Positions 1 through 12,181 of a stretch of 64,000 nt of DNA are shown one piece after another. A program made the position numbers and the translations under genes. Each line of letters starts with the position of its first letter. Position 1 is the stretch's first letter. The notes under the pieces are model-generated. The model did not search any database. It saw nothing but the letters and a program-made list of their open reading frames with translations, and was not told the origin of the DNA. Source of the DNA: Rhizophagus irregularis (taxonomy: Eukaryota); the NCBI RefSeq assembly GCF_026210795.1, contig NC_089433.1, positions 5,704,001 through 5,768,000 of the forward strand. Direction: 5' to 3'.

Positions 1-93
1 TGCGTATTAGGACATAAAGTTTTTCGGGAACAGAAAATTATATCCATGAATTACGAAGATCTTTATTTAAAACTTTTTAAAAAATTTTTTTAG

Positions 94-1032
94 CCACTAC
101 AACGGCATTGAGTGTTTCGCTTTATTTTCTTGCAAAATATCCAGTAAGTAGTAGAATTTGCGGTTGATTTTTCAAAATTTACATCTTTTTATTAATCTTT
201 TTGTAATTCAAAATGAATAGGAAATGCAAGAAAAAGCACGAGCAGAAGTAATCCGTATTCTTGGTAACGAACCAATTATACCAAGTTTAGATCAATTAAA
301 GGTACTATTAAATCATTACAATCATTTATTTGTTCCCACATTTCACGATTTTATTGTATTTCATCCAAAATCATATATATTAATTATATACTGTATGTCT
401 GTATATAACTATATATATATTAGGAATTGAAATATGTCAATGCAATTATTAAAGAAACTTTACGAACCCATCCACCGACACCAATATTAACTGTTAGAAG
501 ATTAAAGAAGCCAATTAAGGTTGGCTCCTACATTTTACCAATAAACTCTACATGTATGATAAATACTTGGAAAATTCATCGTGATCCAAAATATTGGGAA
601 AATCCTAATCAATACAACCCTGAAAGATTCTTATCAAGTGACGAAAAAAGAGACAAATTTGCTTGGATTCCTTTTTCTGCTGGTCCAAGAAATTGGTATA
701 TATAGCAAATACTTTTTTTTTTACAAATATAAAATAATTTTATCATATTTTAAATTTTAAATTTTTCTTAAAACATTTTTATAGTGTCGGACAAAATCTC
801 ACTTTATTACAACAAAGAGTTGTTCTTTCAATGTTCCGTAAGTAAAGTATATTTGTATTGTTTTATTTTGTTCATAGTTAAGTTATTTAATATCATTTCT
901 ATTAAAGTGCTCAGATATAAATGGGTCCTTCCTGAAAATAACGTTAACAAGGACAAAATATTATTAAAGTCTCATTTTTTACTAACTCCCATTGATATAA
1001 AACTTGTGTTTACTGAAAGAATTAATGAATAA
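94..1032 (+). CDS. Cytochrome P450, 3' part (5' end lies outside the window); exons about 94-143, 221-301, 424-695, 785-837, 908-1032
   Basis: ExxR (KETLRTHPP), PERF and heme motif FSAGPRN/CVG split by an intron at 696-784; GT-AG junctions keep the frame. Confidence 0.93.
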
Positions 1033-2569
1033 GTTATTAGGATTATTCTCAGAGATGATAATTATGTATAATTTTGTAAAAATGAATCTAGTTATCCACT
1101 TGCCTCAACATACTCAAGTATCTTTGTTGAACCTTGATGCAATAACAATACTACTTTAAAGAGTCGAATTTGAAGAGCAATAATTTCATTTATTATTTAT
1201 TTATTTTATTTATTTTAAATTTTCTTGTAATACTATCTATATTCGATTTACATAAATTTTATTATTATAATTGACTCTTTAAGAGTGAAAGGTCATTTTA
1301 ACTTGAGTCTTCTATAAAAACTTAATTATAAGACAAATTTTGGGCAGTAGTTTACATTATGGCTTTGTTTACCTGAAGGCCAATTGAAATTAATTTAGTA
1401 GGACGTCTTTGACCCTTGAAACAATGTAAAAATTATTAAAATTATTAAAATAAATTTGGCTCAATTCTTCTTTTCAATAATCAAGGCCAATACTAATCGA
1501 AAAAAAATATGATAAGCCTTTTCGGTCATTAAACCATACATATTCTATTAATTTTTAGATATCTGATAAATGTTCCTTTGCTGAAAAAATGTCATTTTTA
1601 ATGAATTACAACAATATTGGAAACAGTAATTAATATGTATTTTTATTAAGTCAACAAAAATTTATCTTCAATTTTCTCGAATTTTCTAAAGTATTATAAT
1701 AATCGTGTTGTAACGGGCTTTAATTTTCTCAAAAAGTGGAGAATTTTTTTTGATTAGCGGGTTAGGTATTAGAGTCTAAAAAAAAAGATCTGCAAATATC
1801 CAATCATGTGATTAATGAAATTTAATTATTGTACAGTACAGGGAGGCGATGTATTCAATTCCGTAATCCGCATTTTTATGGATATACACAGTATGATCTC
1901 ATTTAAATTAAATTATTATTATAGATTTACATGGTGCTTTTGTAGACCATACAGTTGGATTAACAGCAGAAAAAATATTTGATATGTAGACCAAATCAAA
2001 CCATATCCCATTGGCCTAAATTAGATGTTCATCGTTGATATAGCCTTAAGGCATTATTAGAATGGGTCGATAATTTAGATGGTTTGGAGTTTGGTCTACA
2101 ACAGTTGCAATTTCTTCGATTTTAATATGAAAAAAAGGCAAAAATACCACTTTCACCTTTACAAATAAACTGATATTATTATCAACTGTAACGCCGATCA
2201 GAATTAAAGATATAATGTGAAAATTACGCACAATCCTAATGAGCGTGTAATAATATCCCATGTTTACTAATGGGCGCCCGTGATTTTTCATAGAAATATC
2301 AGGTGTATTTCATTTTACAAAAGATCACTTACTCTAATGAAAACAGATATCATAATGTGCTTTTGAGACATTTTATAACTTTTAGTTACTGAAAAATCTG
2401 TTTTAAACTTGGATAAAGGAAAAATAATAAGACATAAGAAAAAATAGTAATAATTAAAATAACTATAAAATAGTCTACTTTTTTATCACGGGCGTTAGTT
2501 CAAAACGTGTCGCATGAATATCATGATTTTTACGGCGCAGCCGTGAAAATCATTGATTGACTATGATAA

Positions 2570-3067
2570 ATTATAATTAACAAAATGGAGACAAATTTAG
2601 ATTGTAACACTAAAAATTTTAGCAAAATACCAAATCTATTTATTTTATAATATGACGAATTTAGAATGTCATCAATAAATAATAAATTTATGATAAACTA
2701 TCTCTATTATATCTCCGATAAATTAAAATTACAATAATAATCAAATGGAGACAAATTTAGTTTGTAACACTAAAAATTTTACAAATCTATTTATTTTATA
2801 ATATGACGATAATCTCTATTATATTAAAATTACAATAATAATCAAATGGAGACAAATTTAGTTTGTAACACTAAAAATTTTACAAATCTATTTATTTTAT
2901 AATATGACGATAAACTATCTCTATTATATCTCCGATAAATTATAATTAACAAAATGGAGACAAATTTAGTTTGTAACACTAAAAATTTTAGCAAAATACC
3001 AAATCTATTTTATTTTATAATATGACGAATTTAGAATGTCATCAATAAATAATAAATTTATGATAAA
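2570..3067. repeat. Degenerate tandem repeat, 4 units of about 100-160 bp
   Basis: AAATGGAGACAAATTTAG(A/T)TTGTAACACTAAAAATTTT recurs near 2583, 2744, 2844 and 2952. Confidence 0.85.
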
Positions 3068-3381
3068 CTAGCTGTAGCCCGTCACGCTGCGCCGGACGGA
3101 TGAATAAGCCAATCAGCATTTAGATTTTGAGGAGTTGACATCTTTGTTCTCTCAGTGCTGCAGCGAAGGCGTGTTTTAGGTTTTTAATTTCTTCTTTACT
3201 ATTTATTTTATGTTATTTCTATTTCATCTTTTTGCTTTACCTTCAACTTTGTAATTCTGGCCGGAATTATGTGATCGTTGGAAAATATTCCCTCTACTGT
3301 GTATCAACTAGCTCTAGATAATTTAATATAAATGAGATCATACTGTGTATCAACTAGCTCTAGATAATTTAATTTAAATGA
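3068..3381 (-). mobile_element. Short non-autonomous Helitron-like element
   Basis: On the minus strand the 3' end is a GC hairpin (CCGTC-n11-GACGG) a few nt before CTAG|T at 3068; candidate 5' ends A|TC at 3337 or 3381 (locally duplicated). A related 5'-end sequence lies on the + strand at about 1885-1916. Confidence 0.5.
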
Positions 3382-3483
3382 TGAAAATCTCTATCTATAA
3401 AAAGATAAAAAGTCAACAGCAATTAAAATAACCACAATTCTTAAACTTTGAATATACGAAATTGTTTTTTTTTTCTCTTAAAA

Positions 3484-5346
3484 ATGTATCAAGCGATCAT
3501 TTTGGGATCCCTTCTGTTTATAACGCTTTACATTTTAAAGCGTAAGCGTGAACCAGAATTGGTAAGATAATTGATTTAAACAGAATTTTATCGCTTTTTC
3601 TCCTTTTACTCAATTTTATTTTATTTTATTTTCTTAGACCATGCCGCCACTTGTTTCTTACAAATTCCCAATTATTGGCCATACTTTTGATTTTTTTTTA
3701 AATCCCGAAAAATTTCTTAAACAATGTAGAGAAGAAGTTCGTATATCAACGAATTTTTTTTTTTTGGCGTAAAAATTCAATTAACGTTAATTATTAATTA
3801 TATATAATAGTATGGTGATATCTTTTGTCTATATATATGGGGTCAAGTGAGAGTATTTGTTGGTATAGAGATTGCTCGTATTTTTTTTTGCATAAATATA
3901 AAATATTTTATATATTCTAATTTATAAATTCTTTTTAATTACTGCACAAACTTGTAGGAAAAGAACATTTTGGTGAAGTATATTCAAGAGATGATGTGTT
4001 TGATGTTTTAAAAGCATTCAACAAACGATTTCCGATAGATGTATTATGTCCAGATTTGCTGAAAGTTTCACCAGTTGCACCAAAAACACTTAAAGACACG
4101 ATCTTTAGCAAATTAAAACTTTATTCTGATCGTATGCAAAAAAGGGTTTATTTATCAACTCAAAAACATTTTGGAGATTGTGATGAATCAAAAATTTTTT
4201 ATAATCTATTTGAAATTGTAACAAAAATTATTTCTGATCCTATTGCAAATATTATTATTGGTGAAGTAAGTATAGATACTTTTTTTTTATGATACTAGTT
4301 AATTTTGAAAGAAAAAAAGTTTTAAAAGAAAATTACTTCTTTTTATAGGAGGAATCACAACATGAAGAAGTTTTAAATTCATTTGCAAACTTTATAATAG
4401 ATAGCATGATATTTTTAACTATTCCACCATTTCTTGATATAATTTATCCAGGACTTCAAGAATATGTTAATCGTATTCAGATAAGATTAGGATTATATAA
4501 TCCAGCAGTTAAACATCGAAAACCACTCCTTAAACATATAGAAAAGCAAGTATGTAAACGTTTACAAGAGAAAGAAAAATATGGTGACTCTTGGAAACGT
4601 CCTGATGATCATCTTCAAGATCTAATGGAAGAACATGATCCTAATAATATTAGTTGTCCGTATCTTTTAGACAGAATATATCTAATCATTTTTGCATCAA
4701 TTCATACAACGGCAATAGCCATTACAAATGTTATTTTAAGTTTAGCATCAAGACCCGAGTACATGCAAGAATTATATGAAGAACAATTAAAAGTTCATAA
4801 AGAAACGAATGTAAATGGCATAATTCCATTTGAAGCTCTTAGTGATATGAAAAAATTAGATAGTTTTATTAGAGAAACATTAAGATTAAGTGTAAATGTT
4901 GCGGGAATTGACCATCTCGTAAAGAAAGATTATACGTTCTCTAATGGATTGCAAATACCAAAAAATTGTATAACTAGTATTTATATTGATGATGTTTATC
5001 GAGATGAACCAAAATCATTTGAACCATTCAGACATTTAGATATAAATGTAGCATCAAAAGTCACTAAAAATTTTTTGACATTTGGAAATGGTAAACACAC
5101 GTGAGTATATTTATGTATATATGTATTGTAGTACAGTAAGTCAACAACTCAGTTATTATTAAATTATTTAGATGCCCTGGAAGACAACTTGCTGTAAATA
5201 ATATTAAATTTTTTATGCATAACGTTATCTTAAAATATAATTTTCGTACAGTAAGTAGTAAAATTGAAGAAAGCAGAGGAACGGGTTTTACGGCATTACC
5301 AGTTGAAACAAGTACTGCTGGTGTGATTTTTGAAAAGAGGGTTTAA
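3484..5346 (+). CDS. Cytochrome P450, complete; exons 3484-3561, 3638-3736, 3811-3862, about 3958-4265, about 4350-5100, about 5172-5346
   Basis: N-terminal membrane anchor, PPLVSYKFPIIGHT, I-helix FASIHTT, RETLR, FEPFRH, heme motif FGNGKHT/CPG across the last intron. Confidence 0.92.
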
Positions 5347-5774
5347 GTTAAATTTTATGCAAACTAAAATCCATTTTATTTTGCAAATTCTACTATGATA
5401 CTTAACAAATTATCAATAATTTTAATTTATATATAAATTAATATATAAACTTCTTAATAAATTTTTAAAATTTTAGTTTTATGCACCAGAAAATTTCTGT
5501 AAAGCTCAAATTATTGCTTAATTTGAGATAAACTAAAATCCATTTTATTTTCTATTATACTCAACAATAATTTTGTAAATAACAGATAATATTACTTGAG
5601 ATTTATGTTATCACGTGATCATAAATGATCGACAAATTTACTATTTTCAGTTTTACTATCTACATGAAACTCTAGTTTAGATACCCTATATGTTAATTAT
5701 GACTTTAGTTAAAACTTGTTGTATTTATATTCTTAATCAATGATTATTTTTATTTTTTTGTGATTTGATTTTTT

Positions 5775-5990
5775 CTATTTTTTTCTTAAAGGTTGATTTT
5801 GAGTTTTGGACGAAACTTCAAGCCATTCCAATGAATCTTGATGATCTTTATAACAACTTTTGCAAAGCTTATGATTGTGCATTTGTGCTTGTTTTTACTT
5901 TTACAACCATAAATGTTGCAATATGAATTATAATCCAAAGAAGTGCAAGTAACGTGTTCACATCAAAATACAATCCGAATTTAAATAGCA
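5775..5990 (-). pseudogene. Decayed Cys/His zinc-finger gene, relative of the ORFs at 26754 and 27260
   Basis: Hand translation gives VF*CEHVTCTSLDYNSYCNIYGCKSK, then a frameshift in an A-run, then QAQMHNHKLCKSCYKDHQDSLEW. Confidence 0.6.
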
Positions 5991-6301
5991 ATTACTACTT
6001 CAATTAATGCTTACTTTAAGTTGCTTTAGAAGTATTGTATATGTGATATAAATAGCGACTTTAATAAGAATATATCAATATCTTATATGGGAATCTCTTT
6101 TATTTGCATCAATAATATTTTGAACAAAATAAAATTATTTGCATTTTGTAAAAAATATTGTATTATAAGTATTATTAAATAGTAATTAATAAGTCAATAC
6201 TATTAAATAATCTGATGCTCTCTTAAAATTTATTTATTGATACGTATTACTATTGCTTTATAATAAGTATCAAGTGTTTTAATTATTAATATCTTATTTG
6301 T

Positions 6302-6721
6302 CTAATTTATAAATTTATTATTATTGTCCAAGCGTTTATTTCTTTTTTTTTTGAGACGCGGATAAGTAAATGGTAATGATCTTTTATCGAATTTGTTGAT
6401 GTAATCATTTAATTTCAAAAAATTTTTATGATTAACGAGAAATTCATTTTCTAATTTCAAGTATTCATTTTTTAAATCTGGCCTCACTTCTAGGTCAAGT
6501 TTGCTAAAACTAATTGTAGTTTTCAGATTATCAAAAAATCTTTCCAAAGATTTAATGGTATTATAGAATTCAAATCTAAAATCAGATTCCATATGAAGTT
6601 CACAATTTTTGTCAATAATGTGTTTCTCAAGATTATCTTTATCAATTGATAATTTGTCATAACAAAATATACAAAAGTCATGAAAGTGTTGCGAGTATCG
6701 GCATATAATTAACCGCAACAC
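6302..6721 (-). CDS. Hypothetical protein or terminal exon (139 aa, basic C-terminus)
   Basis: Open frame that starts at GTG right after a CAG (possible splice acceptor); no recognisable domain. Confidence 0.4.
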   Translation of the reverse strand: MLRLIICRYSQHFHDFCIFCYDKLSIDKDNLEKHIIDKNCELHMESDFRFEFYNTIKSLERFFDNLKTTISFSKLDLEVRPDLKNEYLKLENEFLVNHKNFLKLNDYINKFDKRSLPFTYPRLKKKRNKRLDNNNKFIN

Positions 6722-7766
6722 CTGTGACCATAACTATAATAAATCCAGTAAAATTGATTTTATATCTGTGATTTTTTAGCTATACGATATAACAAATAAA
6801 TATGTATAAAGTCTAATTACTATTTACTAGTAAGAAGTGAATTTATTAATTAATATGGTTTTTTACAGATTATGATGCTATTAATTGTTCAAAGAGACTA
6901 ATGTCGATGATCAAATTTAAAAAATTCAAGAAGGATTTTGATAAAAGCGGCAATTTTATTAATAACAAAATAATTAATATATTAATAGTGAAAGCAAGCA
7001 TAATAATCAAAATATAAAAAATAAGCATTGATTAAATTTTCATAATAATAAAAAGTTGTCAAATGTGCATATGTTATCAATTGTCGAAATTTTCACGCTT
7101 GGTATTTTTATTTCATGTTGTTCATTTAATTTTAATCCTGTAAACCTTTAAAGTTTTATATTGAATTAATTTTTATAAAAATTAAATTGTCTCAAACTAG
7201 ATAAAGTAATTTAACATATTATTTTATGGATCATTTTTTTTAATAGCATTTTTTTCTTAAGCTTCATAATCGCAATAAAAAAAGATCAAATAGGCATAAC
7301 TCGTAGACGCCACCAACAAAATTTCAACCTTAAAATTCAGTACCGGCATCACATTATTTCTATTATACTTTACATAATTTAATAATAATATATAATCTGA
7401 TAATTACAATTATTACAAATTTTTAAAGTTCAAAAAATTGTACTATACGAACAAATAAGCTAACATTTAGGTGCTCAAAAATTTGTCTAATACGAAATAA
7501 CAAGATTTTCTTTAAATTATACACAAATAACATTATCGCAAGCTACTCTGAATAAAGTGATAATGCTTTGTAAATCAAGGTTTATTGTTTTATTTTTTCT
7601 AACTGTATATGTGAAATGATTAATTTAATTTTAATTTACAAAATACATTATATATATTATATATTGGCTTCAATTTTTAATAATTAATACTTTAAATTGT
7701 AAAATAATTTTATTTTAGATTTTATTACTTAACCTTTTACGACTCATTGATAAATTACACAACTCC

Positions 7767-9101
7767 TTAATGATTCACTAATGCTTCGCGCTTTTGTCTG
7801 ACACCATCCTGATACGCAGCTGCTTCACGTTTTTGTCCACCTCCTCCACGATACGGTAATGCTTCACGTTTTTGTCCGCCACCTCCCCGATACGCGGCTG
7901 CTTCACGTTTTTGTCTACCACCTCCACGATAGCATAGCAAACATGCTTTATATCACTTTGACGATCATTTGCCGATCACAAGTTTCATTTTATTAAAAAA
8001 TGATTAAATTATGAAAAAGTGCAAGGCAAAGTAAATGCCTAAATAAGAAAAAAATAAAATATGCCACCTTTTATTGTTGTATAACTTTAAATTAAATAAT
8101 TTATATAATTTTTAATTTTTATATGCAAAATTATTAATATGTGATAATTTGAAGTTTCGGGATAAAAATTAAAGGCCGAAGCCAAATACGCAAAGCCGAA
8201 ACTTGAAATTTTGCATGAACATTCCTTTTATTATATATAATCTGTAAAAAAAATAATGCAAGGTTTTGACCCATAATGCAGGTTTTTTGCTTATAGAGAA
8301 ATTAGCCAATTATTTGTTATTAATATATTTCTAATAAAAAAGATTATTTACATCATTAAAAATAATGAAAAACTTTTAGTTGAAGATGAAGATGATAATA
8401 GTTTAAGTGAAGATAATAATGATGAGAATATTGAAAATAATTTAGAAATAATAGAAAGAAATATAGATAATCTGTTTGAAATATTATACTAAACATGGTT
8501 AAATTATTAATATAATTATTAGTATTTGTATTAATTTTTATGTTTTATATAAATTTTTAATTAAAATTAAAATTCTGTGAAGTTATTTGTAAATTTTAAA
8601 CACTTATTATATTTATTATTGTGTAAAATTGATCTGTCACGACATATGTATTATGTAATAAGATCAAATAAATGATCGGCAAATGATCGGCAAATTTGTG
8701 ATAAAATAGAGATGTTCGCTATGCTCTTCACGATACGGTAATGCTTCGCGTTTTTGTCCGCTACATTCCCAATACGCGGCTGCTTCACATTTTTGTCCAC
8801 CACCTCCGCGATATGGTAATGTCTTGCGTTTTTGCCTGCCACCTCCCCAATACGCAGCTGCTTCACGTTTTTGTCTACCACCTCCTCGATACGGTAAAGC
8901 GTCACGTTTTAGCCCACTCGATACTCTTAAATTATCTGGACTTTTTTCTATATATGACGAAGTATTTTGTAAATTTGAGTATTTAATTTGACTAGCATGA
9001 CGTCTAACAAGATGGTTGTTAGTATTTGGGTAATTGTTTAAAGTTGCACTTTGAACAATTGTGATAATTATTAAAAAAAAAGTAACAAAAATAAGTTTCA
9101 T
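7767..9101 (-). pseudogene. Secreted Kex2-processed repeat-peptide precursor (alpha-factor-like architecture), interrupted by a MITE
   Basis: Signal peptide MKLIFVTFFLIIITIVQSA, pro-region, then 13-aa repeats KR-[E/D]A-[LP/AA]-YRGGG[G/R]Q. Repeats resume at 7930-7767 beyond the insertion and end KREALVNH*. Removing 7931-8725 plus one TSD restores ...ALPYRGGGRQKR in frame. Confidence 0.88.
7931..8725. mobile_element. MITE with 9-bp TSD (Mutator-like) inserted in the peptide-precursor gene
   Basis: Imperfect TIRs AGCATAGCRAACAT...TATCAC...TTTGMCGATCATTTGCCGATCA; TSD CTCCACGAT (7922-7930) and CTTCACGAT (8726-8734). Confidence 0.85.
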
Positions 9102-9228
9102 ATTAAATTATGAGCTTTTTGTACAGAAATTTTGCATACTTATATAAAGTAATTTATGTAATTGTTGTATTATTTGTTGCATTTAACGTAAATTATGTAA
9201 GTGTATTATACATAGTATTTACAAAGTA

Positions 9229-10599
9229 CAGTCAACTCCCTCTATAGTCACTCCCGTTATAGTCACAATCTATCTATAGTCACTATCACACCTATCCTCA
9301 AAAATCTTATATTAAAAAGAACCGTTTATAATCACAGTTATATAAAGAATATATTAAATAACTTGGCATCTAATAATCGTACAAAGATGTATCATAGCTT
9401 GTTAGAATCGTCTCACTGAGACGAATCGAATGGTGGTAGTTTTATCCTTTTCCTTTTGCTATTGTTTACGGCCAGACCACCCATTGCCTCTTATGAGACT
9501 AATCTCGGGTCTGTGTCCTATCATCTTCAATAGGCAACCATTAAACCGAGTACTTAATTCCTCAGGTAACAGCACCATGTAGAAGACATCCCCCATCAAG
9601 CCATTTTAGGCTGATCTGAAGCTAGGTACACGCCGCCTACTCATCCTTAATCCATTGCATGATACTGGTACTCAATTTATTTTACGACCTTTAGAGAGCA
9701 CCTACTTTTATGGAGGACTTTTGACAGGTAACATCAACCATCTAGTACCCTTCCATACCACCATTTTAGGGAGTTTTATCCTTTTCCAATCACTGGCTGA
9801 CGAGTTATTCAACAAAATGTTAAACATCGGCATTATAATATTTCTTGATTTACGTTTACTGCGCCATTTAACATTTTGCTAGATTTCTCGGTACCTAGTG
9901 ATTGTAAAAACACGATTTATAGCTCGTTGGAATCGCCTCATCGAGACGAATCGAATGGTGGTAAGCTCATCTCTCTGTGATCAATATTGACGGAGTTATT
10001 ACTTAAAAACCATTTAATATTTTTTAATTTCGGAAATTGATCTAGTGATTGGATTTCGATGTATCTTATACCATTAGATTCGTCTCATCAAGACGAATCG
10101 AATAGTAGTAAGATCGTCTTTCTAGGATCAATATTGACAGAGTTATTACACAAAAACCATTAATATTTTTTTAATTTCGGAAATTAATCTAGTGATTGGA
10201 TTTCGACGTATTTTATACCATTAGAACCGTCTCATCAAGACGAATCGAATGGCGGTAAGATCGTCTTTCTAGGATCAATATTGACAGAGTTATTACACAA
10301 AAACCATTAATATTTTTTTAATTTCGGAAATTAATCTAGTGATTGGATTTCGACGTATTTTATACCATTAGAACCGTCTCATCAAGACGAATCGAATGGC
10401 GGTAAGATCATCTCTCTACGATTAATATTGGCGAAGTTACGGTACAATAAAGTTTTAAGTATAATTCTGGCTAAAATTATGTTAATTTTTGGCCAGAATT
10501 ATGATATACAAATACAAGAAATTTTTTATATAGTCACATCTCTTTATAATCACCAAATATGGACTGTCCCAAATGTGTGACTATAAAGAGAGTTGACTG
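9229..10599. mobile_element. Tc1/mariner-type non-autonomous element with internal 147-bp tandem repeats
   Basis: TIR CAGTCAACTCYCTYTATAGTCAC, TA on both flanks; internal units at 9935, 10082, 10229 and 10376. Confidence 0.88.
9454..9771. mobile_element. 318-bp GC-richer insert with 16-bp TSD (SINE-like or retrocopy) nested in the mariner-type element
   Basis: AGTTTTATCCTTTTCC duplicated at 9438-9453 and 9772-9787; no TIRs. Confidence 0.7.
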
Positions 10600-11068
10600 T
10601 ATATAACTTATTGTTAAAAAATTATTTGTTTATTAATGCAATGAATGTTTATGGATATTTCATTATAAATTATTTGTCGTAATTAAAATACAATGTCTAA
10701 TTATATTACTAAAAAGTCATTCCATAAAATTTATTTTAAGTTTACATGTTATTGTGAAAATTTGAAATTTTAATTGAAAACTACACGTAATGTTAAAAAT
10801 GATTTAAACTGCAAATGCAGTTTTATTTAATTCATTAATAAGCCAACAATACATGAAAGTTTAAATATTTGTACTGTTTATCAATAATACGTAAATAATT
10901 ATAAATTTATTTAATTTTTCTTTTGTAACGTAAATAAAATTTATTGCAATTAATGGTTTTGAACTATCAAATAATAATAAAATTAATTCATCTCAATTTG
11001 CTGGATATATTACAAGATATTCAGATGTTTGCATAAAATACAAAAATAATCATAATATATGCTCAGAA

Positions 11069-12181
11069 ATGGTTTCAAGTCAACAAGTTAATAATGAATT
11101 AATTTCAATTTTTAAAACTTTTAATAAACAAGAAGAATCAAATTATTTAGATAATTATAGATTAAAAATTGAAACCCCAAATAGTTACATCAAACAATTA
11201 GGAAAAGAATTAATTGCTGATTACAACTATAAATACTTCCCCTCATTACGTAATAAAAGCGAAAAAATAATTTTAACAACAAATAATGACAATTATGTTA
11301 ATGACTATTCAATTTATTTTGATACACTGAAAATGAGCTTAATTCGTTTAGAACAGCTTTTTATTCTCAACGATTTACCACCATTTTATATTTATGAATT
11401 TTTAAAACCTACAAAAAATAAATTTGGTCAAAATATATCAAGTTGGATTAAAAATATAACAGTGATTGATGTAAAGAAAATTAAGCAATTAAAAATATAT
11501 CTCGATGAGTATTTTCAGTTTATATTTGATCGGCCGAAAAATATCTATAAAATTAATAAATTAGCAGTGCCAATTGATTTTTCAGACCAAATTAAACTTG
11601 ACGAGTTTGCAGAATATTTAAGTAGAAATTCAATTGTCGTTTTAGATTTTTTTGATGAAAATCTTCGGTTAGTAAGTAGTGAAGAAGCAAATAACAGTTT
11701 TATTACTTGGTTTAAAGCAATTTATGAAACAAACAGCTATGAAATGCAAAAAATTACAGAATACAGATCAAATATTGAAAATCTTATAAAAAGAATAAAT
11801 GAAATTCATTCAAAATATAAAAAAATAAATTGTAACATAAATAAATTAGGAATAGAAGCAAAAATCGCAAAGTTGGCGTTAAAATTGATTCCTGATTATT
11901 GTGATAATAACGTTAATACTGAAAATAAGCAATGTTTAATTGATTTAGAACAATTAATTATCTGACATGGAATCTCTACGAGTATTGTTTTTGAATATAC
12001 AAAAAAAAATGCTAATCCAATAAATAATGATATTATTAATTGGATAAAAATAATAACTAAATTAGATAAAGAAAAAATTGTTTTTTTGAAAGAATACTTG
12101 GATCTATATTTAGAATACATTATTTATAGAATAAAAGATGATAAAAATATTAATGAGGTCTGGGATAAAAAATCTAAGTAA
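11069..12181 (+). pseudogene. Intronless ORFan of about 370 codons with an internally repeated domain; in-frame TGA at 11963-11965
   Basis: The frame stays open for about 71 codons after the TGA, and that segment aligns with an earlier part of the same protein (LIxLEQL...WIKxIT..D..KI..LKxYLD.Y...I..R). Confidence 0.75.

Noticed and set aside
2046..2291. 81-aa minus-strand ORF (similarly 9655-9882, 13533-13879, 22473-22856, 30583-30777, 55252-55485, 59227-59409, 60282-60494)
   Set aside because: Within repeats or TEs or low-complexity AT-rich DNA, often with non-ATG starts and no recognisable motifs
8651..8986. ORFs 8651-8905 (-) and 8741-8986 (+)
   Set aside because: Alternative frames of the 39-bp peptide repeats; only 8664-9101 has a signal peptide and KR sites
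9900..10440. CRISPR-like regularly spaced palindromic repeats
   Set aside because: The intervening sequences are near-identical (plain 147-bp tandem repeat inside a TIR element), there are no cas genes, and the context is eukaryotic
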